Source: a virus (lineage: Duplodnaviria; Caudoviricetes). From it: a stretch of DNA of 57,276 nt. Position 1 is the stretch's first letter; the number at the start of each line of letters is the position of its first letter. Position numbers and translations under genes: made by a program. The stretch lies in IMG/VR virus record IMGVR_UViG_3300025890_000031, positions 1-57,276 of that record. One strand, 5' to 3'. The notes under the pieces are model-generated. The model was not told where the DNA came from and did not search any database. It saw nothing but the letters and a program-made list of their open reading frames with translations. Positions 9,370 through 17,798 of this stretch are shown here, piece by piece.

Positions 9370-9717
9370 ATGTACGAATACGAAGGAATAGTAGAAAGAG
9401 TAGTTGACGGTGATACCGTTGACTGTTTATTGGATTTAGGTTTTAACACTTGGAAGAAATCTCGTGTTAGATTAGCAGGTATAGATGCTCCAGAATCCAG
9501 AACAAGAGATTTAGTTGAAAAAGCAAAAGGGTTAGAAGCTAAGAAGTGGCTCATTGACACGATACAAGAAAACAACAACAGGGTTGTGGTCAAATCGTTA
9601 GGAGTTGGTAAGTACGGAAGGTGTTTAGGCATCATCCTACTTCCAACTATGAATGTCAACGACAAAATGGTTGAGTTAGGATATGCAGTAGCTTATGATG
9701 GGAAATCCGCTAGATAA
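9370..9717 (+). CDS. Thermonuclease (SNase-like nuclease)
   Basis: VVDGDT, RLAGIDAPE, KYGR and MVELGYA motifs. Confidence 0.92.
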   Translation: MYEYEGIVERVVDGDTVDCLLDLGFNTWKKSRVRLAGIDAPESRTRDLVEKAKGLEAKKWLIDTIQENNNRVVVKSLGVGKYGRCLGIILLPTMNVNDKMVELGYAVAYDGKSAR

Positions 9718-9889
9718 CGACAAAGAACTACAAGCAGCAGTAGAAAGAACGGTTGCTAGTTTAGAACAACTTCTATCAATGATAGATGATTACTCAAACG
9801 ATAGATATTATCGTTGTTTTACATGTAGAAGAAAACTTTCTCAGCATCCTGGGAAGGTCTTTTGTTTAGAACGAGTGCAGTTCGATTAA
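9695..9889 (+). CDS. Hypothetical protein with CxxC/H/C motif
   Basis: 64-aa ORF overlapping the nuclease stop. Confidence 0.55.
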   Translation: MMGNPLDNDKELQAAVERTVASLEQLLSMIDDYSNDRYYRCFTCRRKLSQHPGKVFCLERVQFD

Positions 9890-10095
9890 GCTCTTAAAAA
9901 ATTTCCCAAAATTTTCATGGGGAATTGTGCCACTAAGGTAAATCATCTTCTGTTAGACGCCAAATAAGACCTTCTGGGGTGCTTTTAAGGGCTTGTTTAA
10001 TACTTTTGTGTGTATATCGATAGACGGCAGGGGCAGGCGTTTTTAAAAAAAAAATTTCACGATTTTTACTCGATAGCCTCGCAAAGCTCGGCAGT

Positions 10096-10218
10096 TTAAT
10101 CCCAATCTTCATCATAGTCGTATTCTATGACTTCAAAGTTCGGTTGTGATAATGTTTTAATAAGCGTTAGTACTTCTTTGATGAAGTAACCAAATAAAAA
10201 CCCTACTAAATAATCCAT
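10096..10218 (-). CDS. Small membrane peptide (40 aa, acidic tail)
   Basis: Manual translation MDYLVGFLFGYFIKEVLTLIKTLSQPNFEVIEYDYDEDWD; AAGGT RBS. Confidence 0.55.
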   Translation of the reverse strand: MDYLVGFLFGYFIKEVLTLIKTLSQPNFEVIEYDYDEDWD

Positions 10219-10241
10219 AATACCTTTAAATATAACAATAT

Positions 10242-10351
10242 AAAAGGAAAAGTCCACTTAGTGCATATTCACTTGCGTGAACATTCGTTGCATCCAAGTA
10301 GACTTGACCTAACACACGTAAACAACACAATATAGGAATATATAAAATGTT
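10242..10351 (-). ncRNA. Candidate small structured RNA or leader with terminator-like hairpin
   Basis: Hairpin at 10251-10304 (11-bp stem with 2 G-U on the minus strand, GCAA tetraloop), U-rich tail, promoter at 10358-10386. Confidence 0.5.
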
Positions 10352-10357
10352 ACTTAC

Positions 10358-10386
10358 ATGATATAGGAATTTTTAAAAGCTGTCAA
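10358..10386 (-). promoter_or_regulatory. Sigma70-type promoter TTGACA-N17-TATCAT
   Basis: Exact -35 box, 17-bp spacer, 5/6 match to the -10 box. Confidence 0.7.
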
Positions 10387-10388
10387 AT

Positions 10389-10477
10389 AGATTTTGGGGA
10401 TTTTTCGGTCTTTAGCTTGTTACCTATGGACGATTGAGCATCTCAGTTATCAGTGACTGAAGAAACCCCCCAAATCT
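10389..10477 (-). ncRNA. Candidate ~90-nt stem-loop RNA
   Basis: ~22-nt imperfect terminal stem beginning just downstream of the promoter at 10485-10512. Confidence 0.45.
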
Positions 10478-10484
10478 TTTATTA

Positions 10485-10512
10485 ATTATAGACTATTCTT
10501 CCTCTTGTGCAA
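10485..10512 (-). promoter_or_regulatory. Promoter TTGCAC-N16-TATAAT
   Basis: Same architecture as the promoter at 20509-20536. Confidence 0.55.
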
Positions 10513-10754
10513 CATTTTTTGTCTGTAGTTTTCTCCCAAATTTCTTATTGTATTGTGTACAGCCAAGATTTTTACAATATCTATAGCCTTTGATATTTTT
10601 ATATTTTCTATTGCAATTTTTGCAATTTTCTATTTTTTTCATGCTCTCTATTCATCGACTTCTAAAAATTTTCTCTATGTAAAAAATCACCGACCCACAG
10701 ATTTGTGGAAAAATCGTAATTTTTGGTGGGGTGGGGTGAAATATTTAAAATTGT

Positions 10755-10787
10755 AGTACTCCTCTCCTTATTGCAAAGGGTTGCAAA
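10755..10787 (+). repeat. Boundary element copy 1: AGTACTC-N5-CTTATTGC-N6-TTGCAAA
   Basis: Same blocks and spacing as 18082-18114. Confidence 0.65.
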
Positions 10788-11087
10788 TGGGTTTTAACTA
10801 TCGTGTATGAATGTACGCTCTCTCTATCAATCTCTAAGCTCCAGCGACCAATGTCCATTAAACTTTAAGCTCTCATTACCAGACTTAGCAAGTGATAACT
10901 CGTGATGTAGGTAGGCTTTTGTGCTCTTATTTGAGTTATACGCTACCTGCAAGGGTGGGGGTTGTTGAATTGAGAACATTGGATTAGGTTTTTCTGTCTG
11001 GTTAAATATTAAATCTTTTAGCTCTACATTTTCTCCTGCTATTAGTCCCAGAGTGAATGCTGTCTGTATATTCATAATGCTCTCATT

Positions 11088-11525
11088 CTAGTCTTTAACT
11101 ATTTCTCCATCAATTTCATCTCGTATAGCTGATAAGTACTCATCTTTAGTCCCATCAACAATCATAACACCCTGCGTTATTGTTTGATTAATTTCACTCT
11201 TACGAGGGCTATCTAGTCCATACATTTTGCTTATTCTATCCATAATGCTCAACGCTCTATCAATAGCACCAAGCTCCCCCTGTTGCACTCTCTCCCAAAG
11301 GATAAGTAACATCTGGTTAAGTCGTTCATATTCAACTGTACGGAGTTCATCTGTTGGCTCGGCTATGATTGATTTCATACTACGTTGTATAGACTTATAT
11401 GCTCCAGAACTATCGGCATACCCTAACTGCTTTGCTATGACCTCATAACTCGCACCTGCTTTCCTAAGCTCTAATGCCTGTCTATCTTTCTCCCTGACCT
11501 CAATGGATTTATTATTTACTTTCAT
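11088..11525 (-). CDS. terS: Terminase small subunit (HTH)
   Basis: ALELRKAGASYEVIAKQLGY HTH followed by helical region ending RISKMYGLD, an actinophage TerS-like pattern. Confidence 0.7.
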   Translation of the reverse strand: MKVNNKSIEVREKDRQALELRKAGASYEVIAKQLGYADSSGAYKSIQRSMKSIIAEPTDELRTVEYERLNQMLLILWERVQQGELGAIDRALSIMDRISKMYGLDSPRKSEINQTITQGVMIVDGTKDEYLSAIRDEIDGEIVKD

Positions 11526-11552
11526 GTACTCACTTTACCATACCCAAAAACT

Positions 11553-11679
11553 TAACTGTATGCAACGCCAAACCCAAGCTATCTTGATTATCCCATAGAG
11601 AGCCTTATTTATTGACTTGTTCGCCAATACTTAGGTAGCCTTTTTTGAGTACTTCATTGTTTGCCCCTGCATACAGTTA
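11553..11679 (-). ncRNA. Candidate structured RNA in the terS leader
   Basis: Perfect 12-bp closing stem TAACTGTATGCA/TGCATACAGTTA with nested G-U-containing helices. Confidence 0.5.
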
Positions 11680-12340
11680 CTAAAAGTACTCGCTACTAAC
11701 CTTATAAATACTACCTCTTTCCTATGAGTGCTTTATTTGACTTCTCTCCGTGCTACTTTATGCTTTGACTTCTAAAATAACTTATAAATGAGTGCTAAGT
11801 CCATACTAATGTTCTGGATAACATCAACCCAATTTTTTTGATTTTTTTTCTTTTTTGTGGGGATTTCTGTAAACTTTTCCCCTCATGTTTTAAATGCACT
11901 CAAATATGTGGCTATCGGCATGGATTGGTATTCTGTATTACCCCTGTGACTTAAAACATATCTTATGAGCTCTTTTTGATTTATTTGCATACTTCGACTT
12001 TTTTCAATTCCCTACTATTTTTTATTTATTTTTGAAAAACTCTTGTTGGTCGTATAAGCTGAAAAGAGTGCACCTAACCCCAAATACTGTCAGCTATAGC
12101 TTGTGAAATAAATCACAAAGATATAGTCTAAGCTACGTACTCATAGGTTTTTTGCTCAAAAATGGCTTATTTCTCCATGAATAATATACATGAAAAATGT
12201 ATAATTATACATGATTTAGGGAGTACATAGGTCTATAAGCCTATGAAATAAGGCTTAAAATAGCCCTTATTTTATGGGGTTTTATGGACGAGTACTAAAA
12301 AAAAACTTTTAAAATAGGCTACCTAAAACAATTACCTACA

Positions 12341-12346
12341 TATAAT
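12341..12346 (+). promoter_or_regulatory. Candidate -10 box (TATAAT) of the early operon; a second TATAAT at 12200-12205
   Basis: Perfect -10 hexamers in an AT-rich gap upstream of the plus-strand operon; -35 not clear. Confidence 0.4.
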
Positions 12347-12375
12347 TGTATTAGATATCTATATATCTAAATTCT

Positions 12376-12862
12376 CTTGGATTATGAGGACAATAGGTGG
12401 TAATTAGTCTACAGTCGCTGTCGGAGGACGGAATGGAACTGACTTTTAGCCTAAGTGAAAAATCTCCCAAGAGGACACACAGAGCTTGTGTATTCAAGCT
12501 GACTAGAGGTCAAACGCCTTCTCTTGCGACCTTACTGTCAGATGAGTACATAAGTTATGCCTTCGGTCAAGAGGGCTTAGTCTGTTGTGTTGGTGGTTGA
12601 TTTTATCACAACCATACGACTTGCAGAGTACATCTCAGCATAGCGTGTTGCACCAAGCCTGTTGGAGGGCGATACTTCAGTTCAAGAAGTAAAAACTACC
12701 AAGCTAGGTAGAGGACTAATGCTATATGTGTTAGAAATTGTCTGTGCGTTGGCGTGTAAGGAGGTCTTATTGCAAGTAATCTCCTGTGTAGCCAAATAGT
12801 TTGTGCAAGAGTACCATAATCATATAGAAGTTGTCTTTTCTTAATAACCAAGTTGCTACTTA
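12376..12862 (+). ncRNA. Candidate large (~480 nt) multi-stem non-coding RNA
   Basis: About 45% GC versus about 32% for the genome, no convincing ORF, closing stem 12376-12394/12830-12852 and at least 7 internal hairpins with G-U pairs. Confidence 0.65.
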
Positions 12863-12930
12863 ATAGAGTACGCCTAGTGGATATTCATACGTTACATTTC
12901 GTAGTGTACTCCAGAGAGTGAGAATACATT

Positions 12931-13221
12931 ATGAATAGATTAACAAATATAGAAATGCAGGAAATAGTTGAACAGTATGGTGAGGTCACATTCACTAGAA
13001 AACAACTAAAAGTAATTCGTGCATTATTAAACGCTACAACCAAAAAATTAGTTAACGAGTACGACAACAAGAATAGTAAATCTTTTCAAGTTGCTCTAAG
13101 CTCTTTATCTAAATTTAACTTTGATTTTGCTGACTACTGTCAAGAGGTCAATGACAACTTCAAAAGAGAAGTTTGGTTTGATGCTAACAACCTAACACGC
13201 AACGCTAGGCGTATATGGTAA
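12931..13221 (+). CDS. Hypothetical early protein
   Basis: 96-aa ORF with a purine-rich leader. Confidence 0.7.
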   Translation: MNRLTNIEMQEIVEQYGEVTFTRKQLKVIRALLNATTKKLVNEYDNKNSKSFQVALSSLSKFNFDFADYCQEVNDNFKREVWFDANNLTRNARRIW

Positions 13222-13376
13222 GAGTACTTAAATCAAAGTATTGGTGGTATTATGGCTTATTGTTTACAAAAATAAACAATATTCATTGTAGAGTACACTA
13301 CAAGACATGGCTCAAAATGTATGACTTTTATTCTTATAAAATTGAAAAAGGACTATCTATGTGGGAGGACTGCTAA
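13215..13376 (+). CDS. Small hypothetical protein (53 aa, aromatic-rich)
   Basis: Manual translation MVRVLKSKYWWYYG...MWEDC; overlaps both neighbours. Confidence 0.5.
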   Translation: MVRVLKSKYWWYYGLLFTKINNIHCRVHYKTWLKMYDFYSYKIEKGLSMWEDC

Positions 13377-13528
13377 TGATGGTTGACACTAGAATAAAAT
13401 GTCTATGTGGAGAACACATGGCTAAAATAAGCGTAATGGCTAACGTAAAAAGTACAACATTAGTACAATTTTTATGTTTCCATTGTGGTGCGAGTACAAT
13501 CGCCAAAGAACAAAGTAAAAGAATATAG
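13376..13528 (+). CDS. Small zinc-ribbon protein (50 aa)
   Basis: Manual translation shows CLCG...CFHCG; GGAGG RBS; TAATG coupling. Confidence 0.65.
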   Translation: MMVDTRIKCLCGEHMAKISVMANVKSTTLVQFLCFHCGASTIAKEQSKRI

Positions 13529-13620
13529 GAATATATTGGAGTACACTACGAAGTGTATAGTATGAAATATAAATTCAGTTATCTACGATAGGTCTGTGTC
13601 CTCGGAAAAGGAATAATAAA

Positions 13621-14514
13621 ATGAGTAAGAACACTCTAGCAGAGAACATCTCTGCATTAATACCTAACAAATCGCTTGAAAATTATGTCAAGAGAATTGT
13701 TGACGGAGGTCAAAACGACCTAGAACTACTAGATTACGCACACAAAAGCAGACACAATGTCCTCATTTCTGGGGATACAGGTGTTGGAAAAACTCATTGT
13801 GTTTCGGCACATGCAGAGAACATTCAATTACCCTTTGTATCTATTGCTTGTAATGGTGCGACTAACCCAGACCAAATGTTCGGTATGTTTATGCCGAGTA
13901 CAGAGGGAAAAGGTTTTGAATGGACAGATGGTGTCGTGACCTCATTGGTTAGACATGGTGGCGTTCTTTTGCTTGATGAAGTGAACTTTATGAAAGCAGA
14001 TATTGCCGCTGCCCTCCACCCATTACTAGATAGTCGTAGAACACTAACCTTAGTTGAAAATGGGGGAGAGGTCATCAAAGCTCATAAGGATTTTCAAGTT
14101 GTTGCTTGTATAAATCCTAACTATGAGGGCACAAGACCATTAAACGAAGCCTTTAAAAATCGTTTTGCCTTACAGGTAGAATTTGATTATGAAGGTAACT
14201 CAGAGGACATTTTGATTGATGGTAGACCAAGTTTACTTGAATTAGCCGATAGGTTAAGAGAAAGTAGAGAAAATGGAACTATCACAACACCTGTGAGTAC
14301 AAACGCTTTAATGGAATTTTGTGAGTTTGTTGAGGACTTGGGAATAGAGTTTGCTATAAGCAACTTTGTTAACAGATTTGAAATAGATGAACGAAGTGCA
14401 ATCAAAGAGTACTTTGATGTATTAATTCCTCAAATAGCAAGTGAATTTGGAACTGATGTTCCTGAACTCTTTGTTGTTGAACAACCAGATGAGGAAACTG
14501 ATACAGATGAATAG
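13621..14514 (+). CDS. MoxR-family AAA+ ATPase (CbbQ/NorQ/CobS-like)
   Basis: Walker A GDTGVGKT, Walker B LLLDEVN, NPNYEG, and AFKNRF Arg finger. Confidence 0.92.
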   Translation: MSKNTLAENISALIPNKSLENYVKRIVDGGQNDLELLDYAHKSRHNVLISGDTGVGKTHCVSAHAENIQLPFVSIACNGATNPDQMFGMFMPSTEGKGFEWTDGVVTSLVRHGGVLLLDEVNFMKADIAAALHPLLDSRRTLTLVENGGEVIKAHKDFQVVACINPNYEGTRPLNEAFKNRFALQVEFDYEGNSEDILIDGRPSLLELADRLRESRENGTITTPVSTNALMEFCEFVEDLGIEFAISNFVNRFEIDERSAIKEYFDVLIPQIASEFGTDVPELFVVEQPDEETDTDE

Positions 14515-16483
14515 TCATGGCGAGGACAATCTAAGTTTAGATGAAGTCCAAAAAATTCTCAATATGCACGAGGACAACGAAGATAGAGTTTTCGGAGATA
14601 TTGAAATGCAAGAACGACATGAGGACGTACAACGAGAAAGCAGTCGTATGAAAGCGATTGGTAATGCCTTTGCGAGTACATTTACTAAAGTAAATCGTAT
14701 TCTATCAGGTCAAAACGAAATCAATGTACTTATGACAGAGGACAATGCAGGTGTTGACGCACCTGCTTGGACTGATGGAGAACACGTTTATTTGAATAAG
14801 GCTTATGTGAATAAATCTTTTTCTAGTATTTTTAATAATGCTAAAATTGATTTTTCACAAATAGCTGAGGTCAAAGGCTTGAACTACCATGAGTTAGCTC
14901 ATATATTCTATACCCCACGAATGAGTGATAAAATCACTAAGCTCGTGAGGGCAAAAGCCGATTTAGATAATGATTGGTGGTATGCGTACAATGTACTAGA
15001 GGATATGAGGGCAGAAAGCTCTATCATTCATGTTTATTCTAAAATGATTGACTATTTCACTTATACAGTTATTAAGTACATATTGAATAATGAGGACAAC
15101 GAAAATGACACTTCGTATTTTCTTTTAAGTGGTAGATTTTTTCTACCTATTGAAATGAGAAATATGATGAGGTCATTATTCGCTCAAAAATATGGTACTA
15201 AATTCACTAAGAATATGGATAGCATTGTTAAGAAATATGTGGCTGAGGTCACATATACTTCTGCAAGGTATCAAGAGGGCTATGATTTGATTGAACGATT
15301 TGTGCTTGAAGTAATCAAGCCAATGAGGGCAAAAAGTGGTCAAGCCTTACCTAAGTGTATCGGTGGTAGTAGCCACCAACAACACCACCATGCAGGAGCT
15401 AAACGAGGAGGACATTGGAATAGCCGAAATGAAATGGGCAATATGTGGAAAGGAAAAACACAAGTTGCAGACCAAAAAGAGGTCAAACCATTCATTGAGG
15501 AACTAATTGATGAAGTTGAGAGTTTAGAAAAACAGGCAGGAAAACTTGGTGCTAAAGCAAGTAAGGGGAGTACTGATAATTTAAGTGCTAGTGAAGTTAA
15601 TGTTGAATTAGAAAAAATCTTAGAGATTGTGGAAAAGAGTCCACAATTTAAGAGTGATGTTAAAATTACTCAAAAAGATATTAGTCATAAAATAGAAACA
15701 GCTATAGAGGACAGTTATATTAAAGGTCTTGAAGTAGCTCCTAGTTTATTGACACCTAGTCAGAGTACATTAGCTACAAAAATACGTTTAAGGCGTTATT
15801 TTAGACAATTAAGAATGGACTTAGAGCAGGATTGGTTGACAGAAAAGAGGTCAGGCAAGGTTGATTTAAGTCGTTTTATGTCTACAGAACATTTAGGAAA
15901 AACCGACATTTTTAAACGTTGGAAACCTAATGACGAGGACGTAGCTAGTGCTGAATGTGTAATTCTTGTTGATATGTCTGGTAGTATGTCAGGCGTTATG
16001 GACTCTGTTAGTCAAATAGCTTGGCTATTAAAGAGTGAGTTAGACAATATAAATGTGAGGACTTCAGTTCTTGGATTTGCTAATAATTGTTATAAACTAT
16101 ATACACCAAACCAAAAAGCCGACAGAGGTCAATACTCTGCTTGGGCTAGTGGTGGGGGTACACAACCAATTTACACATTAAAACAAGCTAATAAAATATT
16201 GACTAAAACCGATAGAAAAAATAAGGTAGTTATTGCCCTCACTGATGGTGCATGGACTAACCATGATGATGAAATCGAGGAGGTCAAGAACTTGACTAAA
16301 AATTGTGATAGCTCAAACTTGCTATTCTTTGGCTCTTTTTACTCTTTTGAGGACAGAGGCAAAGATGAGAAAGTGAGTTTTTCACATTTTGATAATCTTA
16401 TTAAAATTAATAAGATTGAGGACACAGTAAAAGTAGCTAAACAATTAGTTGCCGATATTGTAAATAAAGTAATAAACCAATAA
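14507..16483 (+). CDS. Metallopeptidase-like plus vWA domain protein (CobT-like MoxR partner)
   Basis: HELAH...NVLEDMR zincin motif; MIDAS DMSGSM...T...LTDG; ATG at 14507 preferred over the track start at 14441. Confidence 0.88.
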   Translation: MNSHGEDNLSLDEVQKILNMHEDNEDRVFGDIEMQERHEDVQRESSRMKAIGNAFASTFTKVNRILSGQNEINVLMTEDNAGVDAPAWTDGEHVYLNKAYVNKSFSSIFNNAKIDFSQIAEVKGLNYHELAHIFYTPRMSDKITKLVRAKADLDNDWWYAYNVLEDMRAESSIIHVYSKMIDYFTYTVIKYILNNEDNENDTSYFLLSGRFFLPIEMRNMMRSLFAQKYGTKFTKNMDSIVKKYVAEVTYTSARYQEGYDLIERFVLEVIKPMRAKSGQALPKCIGGSSHQQHHHAGAKRGGHWNSRNEMGNMWKGKTQVADQKEVKPFIEELIDEVESLEKQAGKLGAKASKGSTDNLSASEVNVELEKILEIVEKSPQFKSDVKITQKDISHKIETAIEDSYIKGLEVAPSLLTPSQSTLATKIRLRRYFRQLRMDLEQDWLTEKRSGKVDLSRFMSTEHLGKTDIFKRWKPNDEDVASAECVILVDMSGSMSGVMDSVSQIAWLLKSELDNINVRTSVLGFANNCYKLYTPNQKADRGQYSAWASGGGTQPIYTLKQANKILTKTDRKNKVVIALTDGAWTNHDDEIEEVKNLTKNCDSSNLLFFGSFYSFEDRGKDEKVSFSHFDNLIKINKIEDTVKVAKQLVADIVNKVINQ

Positions 16484-16556
16484 CACATTAGAGGGCATTA
16501 GACCTATCGTAGATAACTGAATATCTTAACTACTCTTTATAGAAATGGAGGACTGC

Positions 16557-16721
16557 ATGAATTTGCAACCTATGTTTTTCAAAGATTGCCCTAACTGTAA
16601 CATGAGTACAGTATGGACAGCTTTGGAACAAGTTAATGAACTCGAACAACGTGTAGAATGTGATGAATGTCAAACGACAGAAATCATGCCTAGAGTTGCA
16701 GAGGACTTAGTCAATGGTTGA
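16557..16721 (+). CDS. Small zinc-ribbon protein (54 aa)
   Basis: Manual translation shows CPNC...CDEC; GGAGG RBS. Confidence 0.7.
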   Translation: MNLQPMFFKDCPNCNMSTVWTALEQVNELEQRVECDECQTTEIMPRVAEDLVNG

Positions 16722-17100
16722 TGATATTAAAAACATTTTAATTTCACTTAACCAAATAAGATTAAGTCGTATGAGTTTAGATGACCAAGAGAGTACTTTA
16801 AAACAACGATTACTAGATTATTTTAAATCTAGTGATATGGCTAAATTCAATGTATCACATGAGGGCAAGAATATACGTGCTACCCAAGTGAACAATGATA
16901 GAGTTATTATTGATGAGTTAGGACTTATAGAGAACATATCTCCAGAACAATATGATAAAATCATAAAAAAATCTGTTGATAGAAAACTCTTAGAAATAGC
17001 CATTAGTAATGGGGATATTAGCGAGGACTTAGCTAAACAGTTTATTAAAGTACAAGCAGGAAAAAAATACATTAAACTTAATGTTGAGGAGGACAAGTAA
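16714..17100 (+). CDS. Hypothetical protein
   Basis: 128 aa, GAGG RBS, coupled to neighbours. Confidence 0.7.
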   Translation: MVDDIKNILISLNQIRLSRMSLDDQESTLKQRLLDYFKSSDMAKFNVSHEGKNIRATQVNNDRVIIDELGLIENISPEQYDKIIKKSVDRKLLEIAISNGDISEDLAKQFIKVQAGKKYIKLNVEEDK

Positions 17101-17399
17101 TGGTACAACCACCAAATACTAGCCCCTCAGCATTGAGGACTTATGTTAATAGTAAGACAAGAAATAAAATGTATTTACCAAGTGACCTAGCGAGGTCATT
17201 AGGTGTGTCTGTTAAAACAGTACGCAGGTGGATTAAGGAGAGCAAAATATTACCTAGTGTTCATTTAGAACAAGGAAAAAACCTTATACCCCTATGGACT
17301 GCCGAGGACATAATCTATGTACAGAATTGGTATCTAAAGAAAAGTAAAGGAAAACAACCCAAATATAGAGAGGAGGTCAGTACTGATGATAACATTTAG
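17100..17399 (+). CDS. MerR/excisionase-like HTH DNA-binding protein
   Basis: SDLARSLGVSVKTVRRW HTH. Confidence 0.8.
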   Translation: MVQPPNTSPSALRTYVNSKTRNKMYLPSDLARSLGVSVKTVRRWIKESKILPSVHLEQGKNLIPLWTAEDIIYVQNWYLKKSKGKQPKYREEVSTDDNI

Positions 17400-17589
17400 T
17401 AGTGGCTTACATTTCGGCATTATTGTAACTATGATTTCTGTAGTTATGTTTTTAGCATACGAGGTCTTTAATGTACTTCGTTTGTCTTATGCCGAATATA
17501 AATATAATAAAGAAAAACCTATTGAAGTAGACTTCTCCACGAGGTCTGGTAGAGAAAAGTTTTTCAATGAAACTTACAAAAAATGGTAA
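17386..17589 (+). CDS. Small membrane protein
   Basis: N-terminal TM helix; GGAGG RBS. Confidence 0.65.
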   Translation: MITFSSGLHFGIIVTMISVVMFLAYEVFNVLRLSYAEYKYNKEKPIEVDFSTRSGREKFFNETYKKW

Positions 17590-17798
17590 AAACATCTAGC
17601 TTAGACGAGGGCGATACTGTTGAACATTCGCTTACAGTTGAAACGAATGTTTTAGGCAATAAGATATGGCTTAAAACAGGAGCAACAACTAAGGTGAGGA
17701 CAGGGGAAACCCCAAGTGGTGCTAGTAAAAGATTAGCCAACTTTGTGAGTAGGAGAACATCTCAGCAATTACAAGAGTTGAGAAAAACAAGCGAGTAG
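17583..17798 (+). CDS. Hypothetical protein
   Basis: 71 aa, last gene before the terminator. Confidence 0.6.
   Translation: MVKTSSLDEGDTVEHSLTVETNVLGNKIWLKTGATTKVRTGETPSGASKRLANFVSRRTSQQLQELRKTSE

Larger units (their letters stand above)
12884..13566 (+). repeat. Long-range inverted repeat pair 1 (12884-12912 / 13537-13566)
   Basis: TTCATACGTTACATTTCGTAGTGTACTCCA pairs with TGGAGTACACTACGAAGTGTATAGTATGAA (one G-U, one 2x2 loop). Confidence 0.85.
13573..16522 (+). repeat. Long-range inverted repeat pair 2 (13573-13595 / 16500-16522) bracketing the MoxR-vWA genes
   Basis: Perfect 23-bp ATTCAGTTATCTACGATAGGTCT/AGACCTATCGTAGATAACTGAAT, extended by TGTCCTC/GAGGGCA. Confidence 0.9.

Noticed and set aside
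9285-9665. 126-aa minus-strand ORF and the many other antisense ORFs in the track
   Set aside because: Shadow frames of well-supported genes on the opposite strand.
10430-10460. Hammerhead-like CTGATAA on the minus strand
   Set aside because: Does not match CUGAnGA, and the required stems around GAAA are not present.
10553-11075. ORFs 10553..10756 (+) and 10827..11075 (-)
   Set aside because: The first is a T-tract artefact. The second is possible but has no recognisable features, so it was left unannotated.
12118-12129. AAGATATAGTCT resembles the group I intron S element
   Set aside because: No matching R element (GACTA) or P3-P7 core upstream and no interrupted gene; likely chance.
17100-17399. 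Excisionase implying a prophage
   Set aside because: No integrase, repressor or host flanks are visible in the window.
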